A stretch of DNA of 64,000 nt from Hormiphora californensis. Its lineage: Eukaryota; Animalia; Ctenophora. Shown piece after piece: positions 12,010-25,027 of the stretch; within the stretch, counting starts at the first letter, position 1, and each line of letters begins with the position of its first letter. The position numbers and the translations under genes were made by a program. The notes beneath the pieces were generated by a model, which was given only the letters and a program-made list of their open reading frames with translations, was not told the DNA's origin and made no database searches. The DNA lies in NCBI GenBank assembly GCA_020137815.1, contig CM035362.1, forward strand, positions 1,736,001-1,800,000, read 5' to 3'.

Positions 12010-12830
12010 GTCGCTTTAGGGGGAAAAACGGAAAAGGGGAAAACGAAATAACAAGAAGGGGAAAACGGACGCCCCAACCGGGACCAACCCGGGGTTTTTA
12101 GTACGTGCTGACACATAAAATTTTTCCACGCTTTTATGCACCGTGCGGGTTTTTAAATTTTATTTTCATTACGGTTTTTTTGATTTACAAAGAAAGCACG
12201 TAGACTAACTAAAACCTTTTTTAGTATATGATTTAAACTTTTAAAAAATTATTATTATTTTTTTTATTTTAACCTAGGAAAACCCCCCCCTTTTCCCCTT
12301 ATCTCTCTTTGTCGGGGTCGTCCCCACCTTTTCTCCCAAATTTTGGGTCTTTTGGGGGCTTTTCTCGCTCCTCTCTGGCCCCAAAAGCAGGAGGAGAGAG
12401 AAGAAATGAGAAAAGAGAGAGAAAAAGGAGGAGGAACCCCACCCTCCCTCTCCCTTCTCCTTTTAAATCCTCCTTTTTTTTTGGGTTTTTCCCTTCTCTT
12501 CTCCCCTCTCTCTTCTCTTCTCTTTCTCTCTCTCTCTCTCTCTTCTTCTCTCTCTTCTCCCCCCTTCAGAGCCTACGTATGACGAAATGGGAGGGGGCCT
12601 TTAAAATTTGAAAATTTTAAACCCCCAAGTTCTAAGGGTTTTAAAAGGGAAAAAAGTAAAGTTTGGGAACGGGTTGACACCTTTAGCCAAAAAAAAAAAT
12701 CCCAACTCTGCCCAAAAAGGGCCTTTCCCGGTTCCATCTCCTGGGGGAAATTTGAAATAAAAGCCGGAGGTTTTATATCTTTGAAAGATGTATATTTTAT
12801 TTGGGGGGTTTTTTCGTTTACTCCCTCCAG
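12010..12830. other. Probable low-quality, error-rich sequence
   Basis: Abnormal density of homopolymer runs next to (CT)n tracts. Confidence 0.6.
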
Positions 12831-13289
12831 ACATCGTGCTCTGCAGAAGTCAGAGCGGAGCGATACGAATTTGGTCAGGCATTACGCTGACAGTTCCTTC
12901 CCTTCCTGTCTGGCGCCGCCAGACGGACTATTAATACATATTCTATATCTATATTTAAAGCTCTTTTAATTATGACATATTCGCAGGACGGTGAGCGGCA
13001 AAGGAATAGATCAGGGAAAAAACCGTTTGGATTTCTCTCCAAAGATCGCCCTCTTTATCCGGTTACTTTGTCCTACGACGAGATTCTGGTACGCCCTTTC
13101 AGACCATTGGCCTATGTTCTCATAGGAACACGCGAGGACCGCGGTCAGATTATAAGCCTGGCAGAGTCTGTCTGGCGTCGCCAGACCCCGCTTTGATTCT
13201 CAAAACGACAGATCGGGTCGGCGCCGCCAGGCAAGGCAGGGTAAACCAAATATCAAAATGTCCATTTCTAATTTCTAATGTAATTTCAG

Positions 13290-14075
13290 GAGTATGAGGG
13301 AGCCTTTAAAAACTACGACATAACGGAGACGGAGTCATATCCGTTGATGAGCTAAGATTGCTACTGGAAAGAGTCGGATTGAGACCTTCTGAGGTAATAC
13401 TGTTGAAATTCGCCCCCCTCCGAAGGGTTGGTTACTCCGCTAAGCCCTTTCCGTAGACCTTTGTATAAATTGATGGTCTGTCATTGATGCTCAGTACCCT
13501 CAGACCGGGTCTGCCGGGTTGCGGCGCCGCCAGACTAGACAGTCGATGGCCAGGTGTTTATACCAACATCTTATTTCAGAAAGAAGTGGTTGAGATGATA
13601 CACGCTGTGGATGGGAACGGAGACGGAGTTCTAGGGTTCTCTGAGTTCATCAAACTAATGTCACGACACCATAACCCCTTTGTGACACCACGGGATCAGT
13701 TTGAGAGCGTGTTCAGGGTGTTTGATATTAACAACAGTGGAAACTTGAGCAGATTAGAATTTAAAAACACGCTCTTTAGCATGGGTACGTTACGGTGCAA
13801 AGTTGTTGAGTAAGGGGGAAGAGTGAGACACTCTTCCCCCTTACTCAACAAGTGCAAAGTGTGTGTTATTTTGATTGTTTTATCATTAAAACTTGCAAGT
13901 TTTTGCAGTGTAGGGTTTGTTGTAAGGATCGCGAGTGTTTCTTGTTAACCAGTTTTTTGCAGGTCAGCGAGTGTCAGAAGAAGAACTGGACTCGATTTTG
14001 GATGATTTGGATAAGAATAAAGATGGTCTAATATCCAAACGGGAATTTCTCAAAGTCTTTCATATCTTCAAGTGA
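13290..14075 (+). CDS. Calmodulin-like protein with 4 EF-hands (5' exon(s) unresolved; apparent 1-nt deletion near 13322)
   Basis: Exons 13290-13393, 13580-13784, 13963-14075; loops D(I)NGDGVISVDE, DGNGDGVLGFSE, DINNSGNLSRLE, DKNKDGLISKRE; AATAAA at 14096; possible upstream exon ~12830-12873. Confidence 0.88.
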
Positions 14076-14766
14076 ACAATCAATCATGGTTATGAAATAA
14101 AATTCAGCGTGAGCCACATCCAGACTTGCGAGTTCAGTCAAAGCTTGATCTGATATGTTCAGTTAATTAAATTGCAACTTAAATCCGATGCATAGACTGA
14201 AAATTATAGTTAATTATGGAATGGGGATGCTATTTAGTTTACAACACAATTATTTAACGACGTGTATTAATTTGATAAAGTTAAATTCTGGGGATGCAAG
14301 TGACTGGCAGGCCATCTGGATCCACTTCACTAACAGAGAAACCATGTGAAACGGGATCATTCTGTACTAGCCGTATTTAAGTCAAAGTGTAACATATCAC
14401 TTGTATTGGATAATGCTGGGCAAAACACTTACCCCCGGGCATCCCGTTAAATCGGGGTCCGACTGTACAACAATCAACCTTTTTCCCTGTAAACAACTAA
14501 GATGTACCTCCTAGTCCTCCTCTGTCTGGCGGCGCCGACCCCATCTGAGCGAACTGTCAAATTGGGGTATGGCTCCTCCTCGCTTTGACAATTTGACTGG
14601 CATTTACAGACTCATTTATTAGGCAATATTTTTATTAGGAGGTTCTAAAAAATTCAATAAGATGAAAATATAACAAAATGAAACTTGAGCAGAGTCCAAT
14701 TCACAGTTCTATTGTAAATGACACATGTTTATTGGTTGAGTGACGTCATTGGTTCAGTGACGTCAT

Positions 14767-16459
14767 TTACAGGGTCAGGTAAGCGATGAGAGATGCGATA
14801 ACAGCCAAGTTAATTGTTGTCATGGAAGCTCCACTCCAAACATCGGCTCCCTCCTCGCCTGTAAATGAGAGATAGTTAATTTAAAGGGAACTGGGAGATT
14901 TTTAATTAAATAAGGGAATGCACTGGTTAATTAAGGGATTAATTAGAGAGAGAGAGAGGAGAGGGGCCAGAGGGAGAAGAAAGAGAGGAGGGAAATGAAG
15001 TATGAGCTGGTTTGCCAGCGAGGAGGGAGAGGGGGAGTGGAATAGAGTAAGGAAGAGGGGGGGTCGAGGGTATAAAAAGAAGAGAGTCGAGAGATGGGGA
15101 TACACTGATATAATAAGCTGGTTTTCCATTTTTTAGGATTACAACTGCAGCACTGCACCAGCTGACACTGAAGCTTAGTTTTCAGTTCTGTACTGTCAGA
15201 GCATTGGCCTGACCCATTCTCGCGTGAGAACTGTGGTCAGAGCATTGGCCTGACAGGTTCTGTAACACTGAAGCTTAGTTTTCAGTTCTGTAACTCACAA
15301 TTCATGTTGTCGAAGGTAACTCCATCGGTTTGCATAGAGGATTCCATGTCTTTCTTGGCAGCATCACAGAAACCTTCCGTGCCAACTCCACAGAATGCTG
15401 TTTTGGTGGTAATGGTAACAGAGTCAGAGACTCCTGTCATGCTCATCCTGGAGGGAAGGAGGAGTATTGAACAACTGCCCAGTACCTATAGTAACCACCC
15501 TAGCAACTACACTAGCAACTACACTAGCAACTACCCTAGCAACCACACCTAGCAACCACGACCACTACCTAGCAGCCACCCTAAAAACCACACCCACTAG
15601 CTAATCACCACACCTAGCAACTACCCTAGCAACCACCCTAGCAAACACCCTAGCAACTATCCTAGCGACTATACCCTAGTAACTATGCTTACTCGACTGA
15701 GAGTTTCATGGAGTCACAGCTCAACCCTTCGCTACATGTAGTTTCGTTGGCAGTCTTGCACTCGATTGATTCTGTTAATTCCATGGTTTTTTCCATCAAC
15801 TGAAATAATTAACGAATATTATTTTATGAGGTATAAATAACTAGGGTAAACCGGGGCAATTCGAACCACCGGGGCAATTCGAACTATGTGCTGCCAGTCT
15901 CTCACCTAGCTAAGCTATCATAATGACTTCATCCTATCTCCAGAAGAAAACTGCTCGTTCGAGCCTGCCCGTTACCTATTGGTGTGGCCCTGATTGCCCC
16001 AGTACCAATTTTTCCGACCAAAATTTTTAAACTAGGTATTTAGTTAAGTAAATCTTGGTCCCTAGAGTTGAAGTTTATCTTATTTGGAAGATAAAATAAT
16101 GAACTTTAAGCCTATATAATTTTTTTCATTGTATCTTTTTTTAAATGGGGGTGAGAACCGATTAAGTAAAAAGTTAACCATTTTGCCCCGGTTTACCCTA
16201 TCAAAGTACAGCGGGATAATTATAATGAGGCGGGATAACAGCCAGCCCTGAATTCCGGGATTGACCTACATTGTTCGACAAGAATTTGACCACTGGTTAT
16301 TCCCCCCCCCCCCCCTTTCCAAGATAAGTGGCTATAAATTAGTTGAAGAATTACCTCTTGTAACTCAGCGTTGTCCGAGGTTACTCCGTACTCCATGCAC
16401 ACTTTGCAGGTCTCAGCGAGGCAGGCTCCAATAAGGAGGGTAAACAGAACGACCTTCAT
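14767..16459 (-). CDS. 150-aa predicted GPI-anchored Cys-rich surface protein (possibly divergent Ly6/uPAR-like)
   Basis: Exons 16459-16355, 15799-15693, 15447-15299, 14858-14767, all phase-consistent; signal peptide MKVVLFTLLIGACLA; 8 Cys in the mature part starting CKVC; C-terminus ..WSGASMTTINLAVIASLIAYLTL*; AATAAA ~35 nt after the stop. Confidence 0.85.
15481..15685. repeat. Degenerate ~12-bp tandem repeat (CTAGCAACYACC)
   Basis: Visible periodicity within intron 2 of the GPI-protein gene. Confidence 0.8.
15844..16198. mobile_element. TA-flanked MITE (Tc1/mariner superfamily-like)
   Basis: TA|GGGTAAACCGGGGCAA ... TTGCCCCGGTTTACCC|TA. Confidence 0.85.
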
Positions 16460-17375
16460 ATTGATTCTGCTAGGAAAGAAGGGTCGTTTAGGGTACAAAA
16501 ATATAGTTTTTTAAACCACAAACCGAAGATTTATGCGTTGCAAATTATCGGATCTGATCAAGAAAGTGAGCTAAGCTATGAAACAACACAATTAGGAGAG
16601 AAAAAAAAACATTTTTTCCTTTATCATGCATGGTAACATTTTCTATTCTCCCACTCGTGACATTGGTTACCATGGTAACCTGCAATGTCATGAGTGGGAG
16701 AATAAAAAATATTAGAGAGAGATAAGTGGTTTTCTCACTACAAGCACCCATGTACCATGTACCACTGTTGGCGGGTCGCTGTCAGAGCATTGGCCTGACA
16801 GGCGGGTCGTGGTTTTCCGACATACACAATCTTCTCTGACCTCTATATCTATCTATTCAAACCACAAATCAAAGTTTTATGCGACCAAGCAAATATTCAG
16901 ATCTCTGATAAAAAAGTGAGCTGCTTTGAAACAGTACGGTTAGGAGCTAGGAGCTACATGAGCTAATAGATAAGAGAGTGAAGAGTGAGATAATGACTGA
17001 GCGTCTCACATCTCAGCTGCTAGAGTTAGGAACTATAAGAGAGTATAAGGAGATGGTATAGTTGCAGAGGCCGGGGGACACAGATCTGCACATGTGTCAG
17101 ATAATGGTTGTCCTAATTATACAGATGCACAGCTAAACTTCCTACCTGCTATTCCACTCACGTGTGGTGTTCTCTGTTACTAGTGGTGGAAATCTATATG
17201 AAATATCACGTGTGAGAGCAGTGAGATTGGTACTTTAAATAGGAGACATCTGGTAAAATTGTTACATTAACTAGAAGAGAGCACCCGTTTTGTGCACGTG
17301 CGTTCCATTGGAAGATAATATTTGTCTTGGAATAAAGAAAACACGGAAGTAAGCCGTCGGTACTCGGTGCACAGA

Positions 17376-17562
<187 letters not shown>

Positions 17563-18880
17563 GGATATAAGAAAGGGCCGTGGCTGTTTAGTTTAAACGA
17601 GGTATTTCCTGGCGTGGGCCGTGGGCTTCGAAGTTATTGGGCGCCCAATGCTCATGGCAACGAGCTATACCTACTAAAGGATCTGAAAACCACTAGACAT
17701 GTGTGTTATGTTCTAAATTTTCTAATCCTCTTTTAGCGTTGCCTAGCTAGACTGTGTTTCGCGCGCCCCACCCGTGAAACACATCCTTTACATGTAAAGG
17801 AGGGTTAGAACATAACAACTTTAGTGCACGGAAAGAGGGTCGAGCTAGTATAGGCAAAGACAGCTGGTGAGAAAATGGAAACTGAAAAACTGATTTCACC
17901 AACAAAATACGACTCGTTTAACGTGTCAGAATATCATAGATTAATCACAGAATATCATACATAGTAAACCTTCCCCTAGCCAAGTTGTAACAGTAGGTCA
18001 GCAAAACTGAAAGAAGGTCAGCTGCTCAAAGTATATATTCTATATATAGTGATGAGTCACAGCTATATATAGTGATGAGTCACAGCTATATATATAGTGA
18101 TGAGACACTATATAGTGTGGTACGCTATATTGTTGAGAGTCACGGTGCAGCAGATCCTGCAAATGACTGGAAACATAAAGGAAATTGTCTAGGATAAACC
18201 GAGACATAAATTTACACTTTTTACTAACCTTCCTAGCCAGTTGTACCCAGTAGGTACAAATTTGTTGAGCCCTAACAAAGTATCTTAAATAGATTCTGAG
18301 TGGAAATTGTGTCACGCTATTAGTGACAAGCTATTTATTCACTATGGTCCCAATGATCACATCTCTTCAAACTCACCAACATAACAGGAATATGGTAGGT
18401 AACGAGGCATGGTCTTTTTCACTAATCGGTCTCCCCCATTTCGGGTATGGGCATTTGCCCTGTTTATGGTGTTGTCTACACGGATTCTCAAACGGCCAAA
18501 ACATCCTCGTCTACTACAGCCCTCCAGAAACTACAGTAAAACGCGAACGGGTCGAACACCTCTTTCGGGGTAGGTCTCAATGAGACACTGGCGGGAACGA
18601 AAACTGGGACCAGACGTTTAAACGGAGAAACGATTACAAGACTACCCCGACCGGAAATATCGTGTTAGTGGGGTAGATCATGTGAAATTTAATGTGTAAC
18701 TATTTCCTAAGGCTAATGTGATAATTGCATAAATCTTTAAAATTGGAGTTTTGGATCCGGAAAATGACTCACCCAGACAGTGCGCCAATGTGAGTCACAA
18801 TTATTTGTCTGTCATGTCTGTCACGCGCGAGTGATTTAATCTACGGAAAGTAATTCCAATCATCAACGATCGCGCGCGGC

Positions 18881-19053
18881 CCGGGTGGGAAATGAAATGC
18901 CCGTTCCCGTGCAGTGGAAAATAGCAGCCCCAGAATCCATACTTATAATCCATACTATGAATCATCTAGTCGTTTTGTGAGACAGCCCCAATCCACATGC
19001 CGGGACTGCTGTTTTCACTGCACGGGCACCTCCTGGTTTCATTTCCCACCCGG
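18881..19053. mobile_element. Small foldback element / MITE
   Basis: CCGGGTGGGAAATGAAA ... TTTCATTTCCCACCCGG plus internal inverted matches (CCCGTGCAGTG..GCAG). Confidence 0.65.
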
Positions 19054-19315
19054 CGTCGTTATGTGAGCCACAATCCACACATGCCAGTCCATGCCACCAG
19101 TAAAGATAAACAGAAAATGAACTCTAGAACTGAGCAAGTTTCTGGACTTCATTGATTTAAAAAAAACACAGTGATTTAACTTCATAAATAGTTTTGTACA
19201 CAACGTAACTTCCACCCGCTCTCACATATTGTTCACATGTAGAAAACAGTATTTCTCTCATTGTCTCTCTCTTTCTCTCACTATCTCTCACTGTCGCTCT
19301 CTATCTCTCATGATT

Positions 19316-20397
19316 TCAGTATCCGTGTCCAGATTTATCGTTCCTGTATCTTCCAGCATACACGTGGCTGAAGCTGTATCCGTTGTACAATTTCTCCTCT
19401 CCAGCACTGGGGGTGAATATAAACTAACTAATGTATATTGGGTTGGGACAAGTACAAACTCAGGGTTTCTTGTGGATCTATTAATTAATAATTACTCAAA
19501 CTTAAATCGATAGGGAGAGGGTTCGACAAATTGGGAGTTGGTAGTAAGGAAATGACGCTGATAAAACATCATCCTACTCACGTATCAAGGATGAAGGGTT
19601 GTGGAAGGACCACATTGGCGTGTTCACTGTCTGCAAACTCCAAAGATACTCCCCTATCATACAGGAAGGTGTTCTCGTTTTGCTTTTCAAAGTAAATCCC
19701 TGGAAGGAGAGAGAGATAGTTTAACTAGTAGGAAAGAGAGAGAAGGAGAGAGATAAAATATGTAGAGAGAGAGAGAGATGATAGGTAGGCACAACCTGTG
19801 CCGCACACGAGGTCAGACCAGGCCACCCCTTTATAAAACATTGTGTGTACTTACACCCGCCAACGAAAAATAGTATTGATCCTATGAAGCTGATTGTAGT
19901 TTTTGCGTCCCACCTCCGATATTCGCCTAAAGTCTCTCGAGTTATATAGTACCTGGGAGAGAGTGGGATATTCAGATAAAGACAGAAAATTAGACAGTTG
20001 AAAATAAATTAATTAGTTAATTAAAGAGGGATAGAGAGAGGGTGGGTGAGAAAGAGATTGAAGAGACAACTACCTGTCGTGTGCAGGATCTGCTATCTTC
20101 TTGTAATGATTGTCCATGCTCGTTGCGAAAACCTCACTGTTACCCAGATCCTGAGAAGATTAAAAAACATAAATAAAAAGGGCCAGTATAGGTAATGAAT
20201 TCGTGTTGCTTTGGTAACTATCATGATAACCATGGTAACCCGTAACTATGGTTACTATCTTAACTACGGTAACTAGGGCTATATTTTTAACTAACCGCTC
20301 TCCTTGGAATCCTGTTAGATCGGTATGTTAGTGGATATTTGGCCCTTGCAGCTGCTAACCGCGTCAACTGGACATTGAGCGCAGGTGTTAATCTCAT
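19316..20397 (-). CDS. NDUFB4: NADH dehydrogenase 1 beta subcomplex subunit 4 (B15)-like, 161 aa
   Basis: Exons 20397-20296, 20150-20074, 19952-19855, 19699-19582, 19406-19316 (486 nt, phase-consistent); core IADPAHDRYYITRETLGEYRRWDAKT followed by one TM (ISFIGSILFFVGGWIYF), matching the B15 pattern DPA..R....R....yFrwT.kt; Arg-rich, acid-free N-terminus. Gene model is firm, family call moderate. Confidence 0.65.
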
Positions 20398-20614
20398 ACT
20401 GCTAAAGACATGGACAGGTTAGGTGGTATCTTAATTTATAAGAAGGGGTAGAGAGAGGGGGGGTCAGAGAGATGGGTCCCGTCAGAAAGAGCTCTGAGTC
20501 AGAGCCTCTGGCGAAGTTGAAGGGGGATAACAATATAGTGGATTATTGTTAAAATATTAATTATAACTTATATATTAACGGGAGGTTAAAAACATTATCA
20601 CACAAATATTAATT

Positions 20615-23600
20615 TCACTCAAAAGCCATCTTGAAGTTGTTCGCTTGTTCCTTTTTCCTTGCCTCACAAAGCACACTAACATCTTCAACCTGGAAATTAA
20701 TCAGTGATTAATATGACTACATGAAATGCAGATCCACTAAGTCGGGCCACATGTCACACATTCCTTTGGTGGGCTTAGGGGTCTCCCCAAGTGCCAAGAC
20801 AAGTATGTCCAAGTGCATTACCTTTTTCTGGAGGACGTTTGAGTGCTGATCGATCCACACTAGGGCATCCATGTGCATGTTCAGTATCTTGGAAATCTGG
20901 ACAAATAGTCAGTCAGAGTATAATTACTACACACGTGGTTAGAAACAGTAGGGGAAGGGAGGGGAGAAAGATAGAGAGATAAAAGAAAGAGAGAGAAAGA
21001 GACCTAGGGCACCAGTTAGAGATTCCCAGGCATCAGTTCCCAAGCTTGGCAGTTCCCAAGCTCGGGAAGCAAGTGAGTGCTGACGGTGCGCGTGAGTACT
21101 ACTTTCCATTCAGTTTACGTGACGCGCAGCAATGTCACATGGTTCACACAGAACCATCTGCGTGCCCGGGCATCATGATGGCCGGGCATGCAGTAACGCG
21201 CCGTGCCCTGATGCCTGGGAGCGTCCCCCGGATATCAGGGTAGCAATATGTAACTTGTGCGTAGGTTTACGTAGTAGGGTTAACATACCTGATACATTGG
21301 ATTCGCCTCATCCTGATTGTTAGTGTTCACACTGTTCAAATGCTCAACTACCTCAGTTATATCACCTGTAGAGTGAAGTTAACCAGTTAGTTAACCAGCT
21401 GGTTAATTAGTTAAATCTCCAAGATTATGCTCTCTTAGAGCATACACGATATATGCAGCATTATATTTAGTTGTAATATACGTATAAGCTCAGATTAAAA
21501 ATTCCCACCAAAAAGTTGGTAAATGACTTGGTTTCGTAAGATTTCTCACCCGGAGAGGTAGTAGGATACCAAGCAGATATGATCTAAAATTAAGGCACTC
21601 ACCAGACATTTGCTGAAGCTGACTGTCTATTTGTTCTGCTAAAGTATAGATCTTCTCTCTCTCATTGTCACTATGTTGATTATTCAGCGTCACACCTGGT
21701 AAAATAAAGGGGCTGTTATATGCCTGTTTTCAGGATACTTCCACAAAAGACTGTCCCCTCCGAACCGGGTCAAAGCTGTATGGGGATTCAATCTCCATAC
21801 GCAAACCCAACTGCAGCATTGATTGTTGTTGGAATTAAGTTTTGCGCGAACAGAGGGGTCTTTTCATCACATGCTACAACTCGCGCGTTACATCAAAGTA
21901 GGGACGCGCAGGTAAATCTTGTGCCAGTGGCAAATTTCTGGGTATGGCGGGGGTTCGGTCTGGATGTGGAACTGGAACTATAAACAGTTTACATTTCTAA
22001 GCTGACCGGGGGGGGATCAATATTTAACTTTGTGACACTCATGCCAGTTAGGGTGGGTGGGTGTACGAGGGGTCCGGCAGTTAAGTTGTACACTTAACTG
22101 CCTAAAAATAGGGGGTCTAGGGGTGTTTATATGGTGAAAATTTAAATAACTGCTCTAAATGGCCGATTTTTTGAAGTTTTCAACCCCCTTTTTCGCGCGC
22201 TGGTTATTTTTTGCGCGCCTATCACATGTGTGTGGCGAATATTTTTTACGCATGCCACTCTAAGTGTCTCGTACTAACCAATTCGGAATTCGGATCCGTT
22301 ACCTAAACTGGTCTGTATTGTTCTTAGTTGATGGCAGTTGATTTTAGACACAATATATAAGTCTCTTCGTGTCTTTCGTGCTATTTTTAGCTCCCTTTTA
22401 GCTAGATTTGGGGGGTGGGTCTACATTTTCAGATGTGGCGGCAGTTAAATGTGGGACTTAAGTGCAAAATATGTGGGGGGTGGTGGGTGTCAAAAAATTT
22501 TTGAAAATTTGGCAGTTATCGGCATGAGTATCATGCAGTTAAGTGTTGATCCCCCCCCCCCCCCCCCCCCCCCGAGCTGACCAACCATATAGTCTAATGT
22601 ACGGAGTAGTGAGATTCTTACCAGCTGATTTGATCTTATCCTCGAGGGGAGCCAGCATGTCTTCTAATTCCTGCTGCTGGGATGAGATGAAGTCTAGATC
22701 GTGGTTCAGCCGCTGCTGGTCTGCCCTCACTTTCTCAACCTCGTTATTCAAATCTGGAGAGGGGGAGTTGAGGGGGATATAGTGATGATATATTGCTTTG
22801 CCGAACCCTCACAGAGCGTGCTCGCTCTATGATGTAGTTTCATGAAATAAAATACAGTGTGAGCTAAAGTTATGGTGCATACCAATGATTTGTTCTGCGT
22901 TGTTCATTATCAGGCGATCCCACTGGTTAACCTGGCGAGATAAAATATATTAGGTTGTCCAGGAAATAATGTCGTCTTAAAATTTTTTGTAGAAATGCAT
23001 GAGTTAGCGACTTTTAACTTGTTCTATCTTGTTCAGTAGACAATTTCCCGTCTGGAAAACACATTTAGAATTTCATACTAATATTTTCATTGCCCATATT
23101 TGGGTAATCTGTCACCGGAAGTCGCTCTGCCGCTGAACGGGAGTTTTGCAAATCTTAAAACGTCGCTGGAAGGAAGCCATTTAAGTTTCCAGAACTCTAA
23201 ATGGCGTCAATCGATAGCCCATCGTCCAAAGATATAGTACCCATGCGATTTTAGTCTCGACGCGTTCTATGGAAACGGCAAACTTAGTAAATCTACCCCA
23301 AAAAAGTGAAAAAACGAAAAATTTTACCTCGATTTTGGACCCAAAAATCGGGACTTTCAAAAAACCGCATTTTTTCACCTCAAAACCTTACCAAAGCCAA
23401 AAGTTAACTTTACTACGGTTAAAAGCTTAGTTGGGACTACAGTCGGACCCCGATTTAACGGCCCCCGATTTAGCGGCACCCCGATTTAACGGCAGCATAA
23501 TCTTCCCCCGATATAGAAAATTAACAGTATTTAACCCCGATTTAGCGGACACCCCGATTTAACGGACAAAACCCTTTCCCCCAAGGGTGCCGTTAAATCG

Positions 23601-24980
23601 GGGTCCGACTGTATTAATAACCATCAAAAAATTTATCATTCACCAATCCAATCAAACCTGAAGTATCCCGGAAGTGAAAATTTCCGATTTTGACCAAAAT
23701 TTTTCAGAGCTCCATAGCTCCGAGACAAATTGGATCTGTGACTTCATTCACCACTCAAAAGATAGATATTTGTCTAATAAACAAGCTTGATGTCATTAAA
23801 AATCTCACAGATGCTTGATTAAATAACTATAGCAGTTTTTTTAACATGCACGGAAATCTCGTTCAGCGGCAAATTTTTTTGCAATTTTTCCGGCTTCACC
23901 AAGGGACGTCAAATATCAAATGTTTCAAAACAGACACTTGTTATATACAGACAAGGGTTAGATCAAGGCGCTAGAAAAAGTTGTATACCGAAATTGTTGA
24001 GTTAAGTTGGAGAAATCGGCTCGCGACATTATTTCTTGGACAACCTAATATTAGCGAGAGGGGGGAAGCTTTGCAAGTACAGATATAGTTGTGTCACAAA
24101 AGACGCATGCTTGGTTACAGTAATGCAGTATGACAAAGATATAGTGGTTGCTACTTGGCAAATACACCATAGCAAAATTGAATTAGGGCCCATTAATTGT
24201 AAACTTGTAAACATACAATTGAGAATTACAAACCTGGTTTGCCTGTCTCATAAACATCTGTTCCTGTTCCTCAAGTTCTATACTCCATTTGTTTATCAAC
24301 TCTTCCAGCTGGATAAAGAGAACAGTTATTACCTTCTCAAAATTTCAATCTAACGCATGAAGTAGCAGGGCGGAGTAGGGAGGGAGGGGGTAGTATAAAG
24401 GGACAGTAGCGTGGTACAAGCAAAACCAGAACCGCTCGACAAGTTCCCCGGCCCAGTTTAACCAACCTGTTTGTATGTGTATGAAGTTGTAGGGGCTGGT
24501 GCCGTAGTGGTGGTGGTAGCTCCTAAAGTTAACCCAGTGGTAGCTGGAATATTAATATATGATTAGATGACTGGTTAAAATGGTCTATTACTTTTTAGTG
24601 CACGAGGCCGAAGGCCGAGTGTTCTAAATACAACAATAATGAACCGAGACCGACAGGTCGAGGTAGATCCTTTTACTTAGCTGCCGAGCCTGCGAGGCAC
24701 GCTAAGTGTAACTACTGAGCGAGCCTGCGAGCTCTGTAGTTGTACTTTTGGGCCGAGCCTGCGAGGCCTAAAAGTGAAAGAATCTTTAACATTATTGTTG
24801 TGTAATAGAGCATGTAAAAGCAGTCATCTAATTTTATTAGATGATTTTGGAAACAAACTGAGTGAACGAGATAAAGATTGAGTGTGAGAGAGAGAGATAG
24901 AGAGAGACAGAGAGAGACAGAGAGGGACAGAGAGAGAGAGAGAGAGAGACGGCCCCATGCGGGAGTGGTGCGTGTAGTGG

Positions 24981-25027
<47 letters not shown>

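Noticed and set aside
13290-14075. EF-hand gene as a photoprotein, linked to the sulfotransferase as a luciferin system
   Set aside because: Four intact calmodulin-spaced EF-hands, unlike 3-EF-hand photoproteins; the genes are 42 kb apart and nothing in the sequence indicates a substrate
18323-18676. ORF with an in-frame TGA followed by 30 more codons (selenoprotein?)
   Set aside because: No recognisable domain, splice structure or SECIS element
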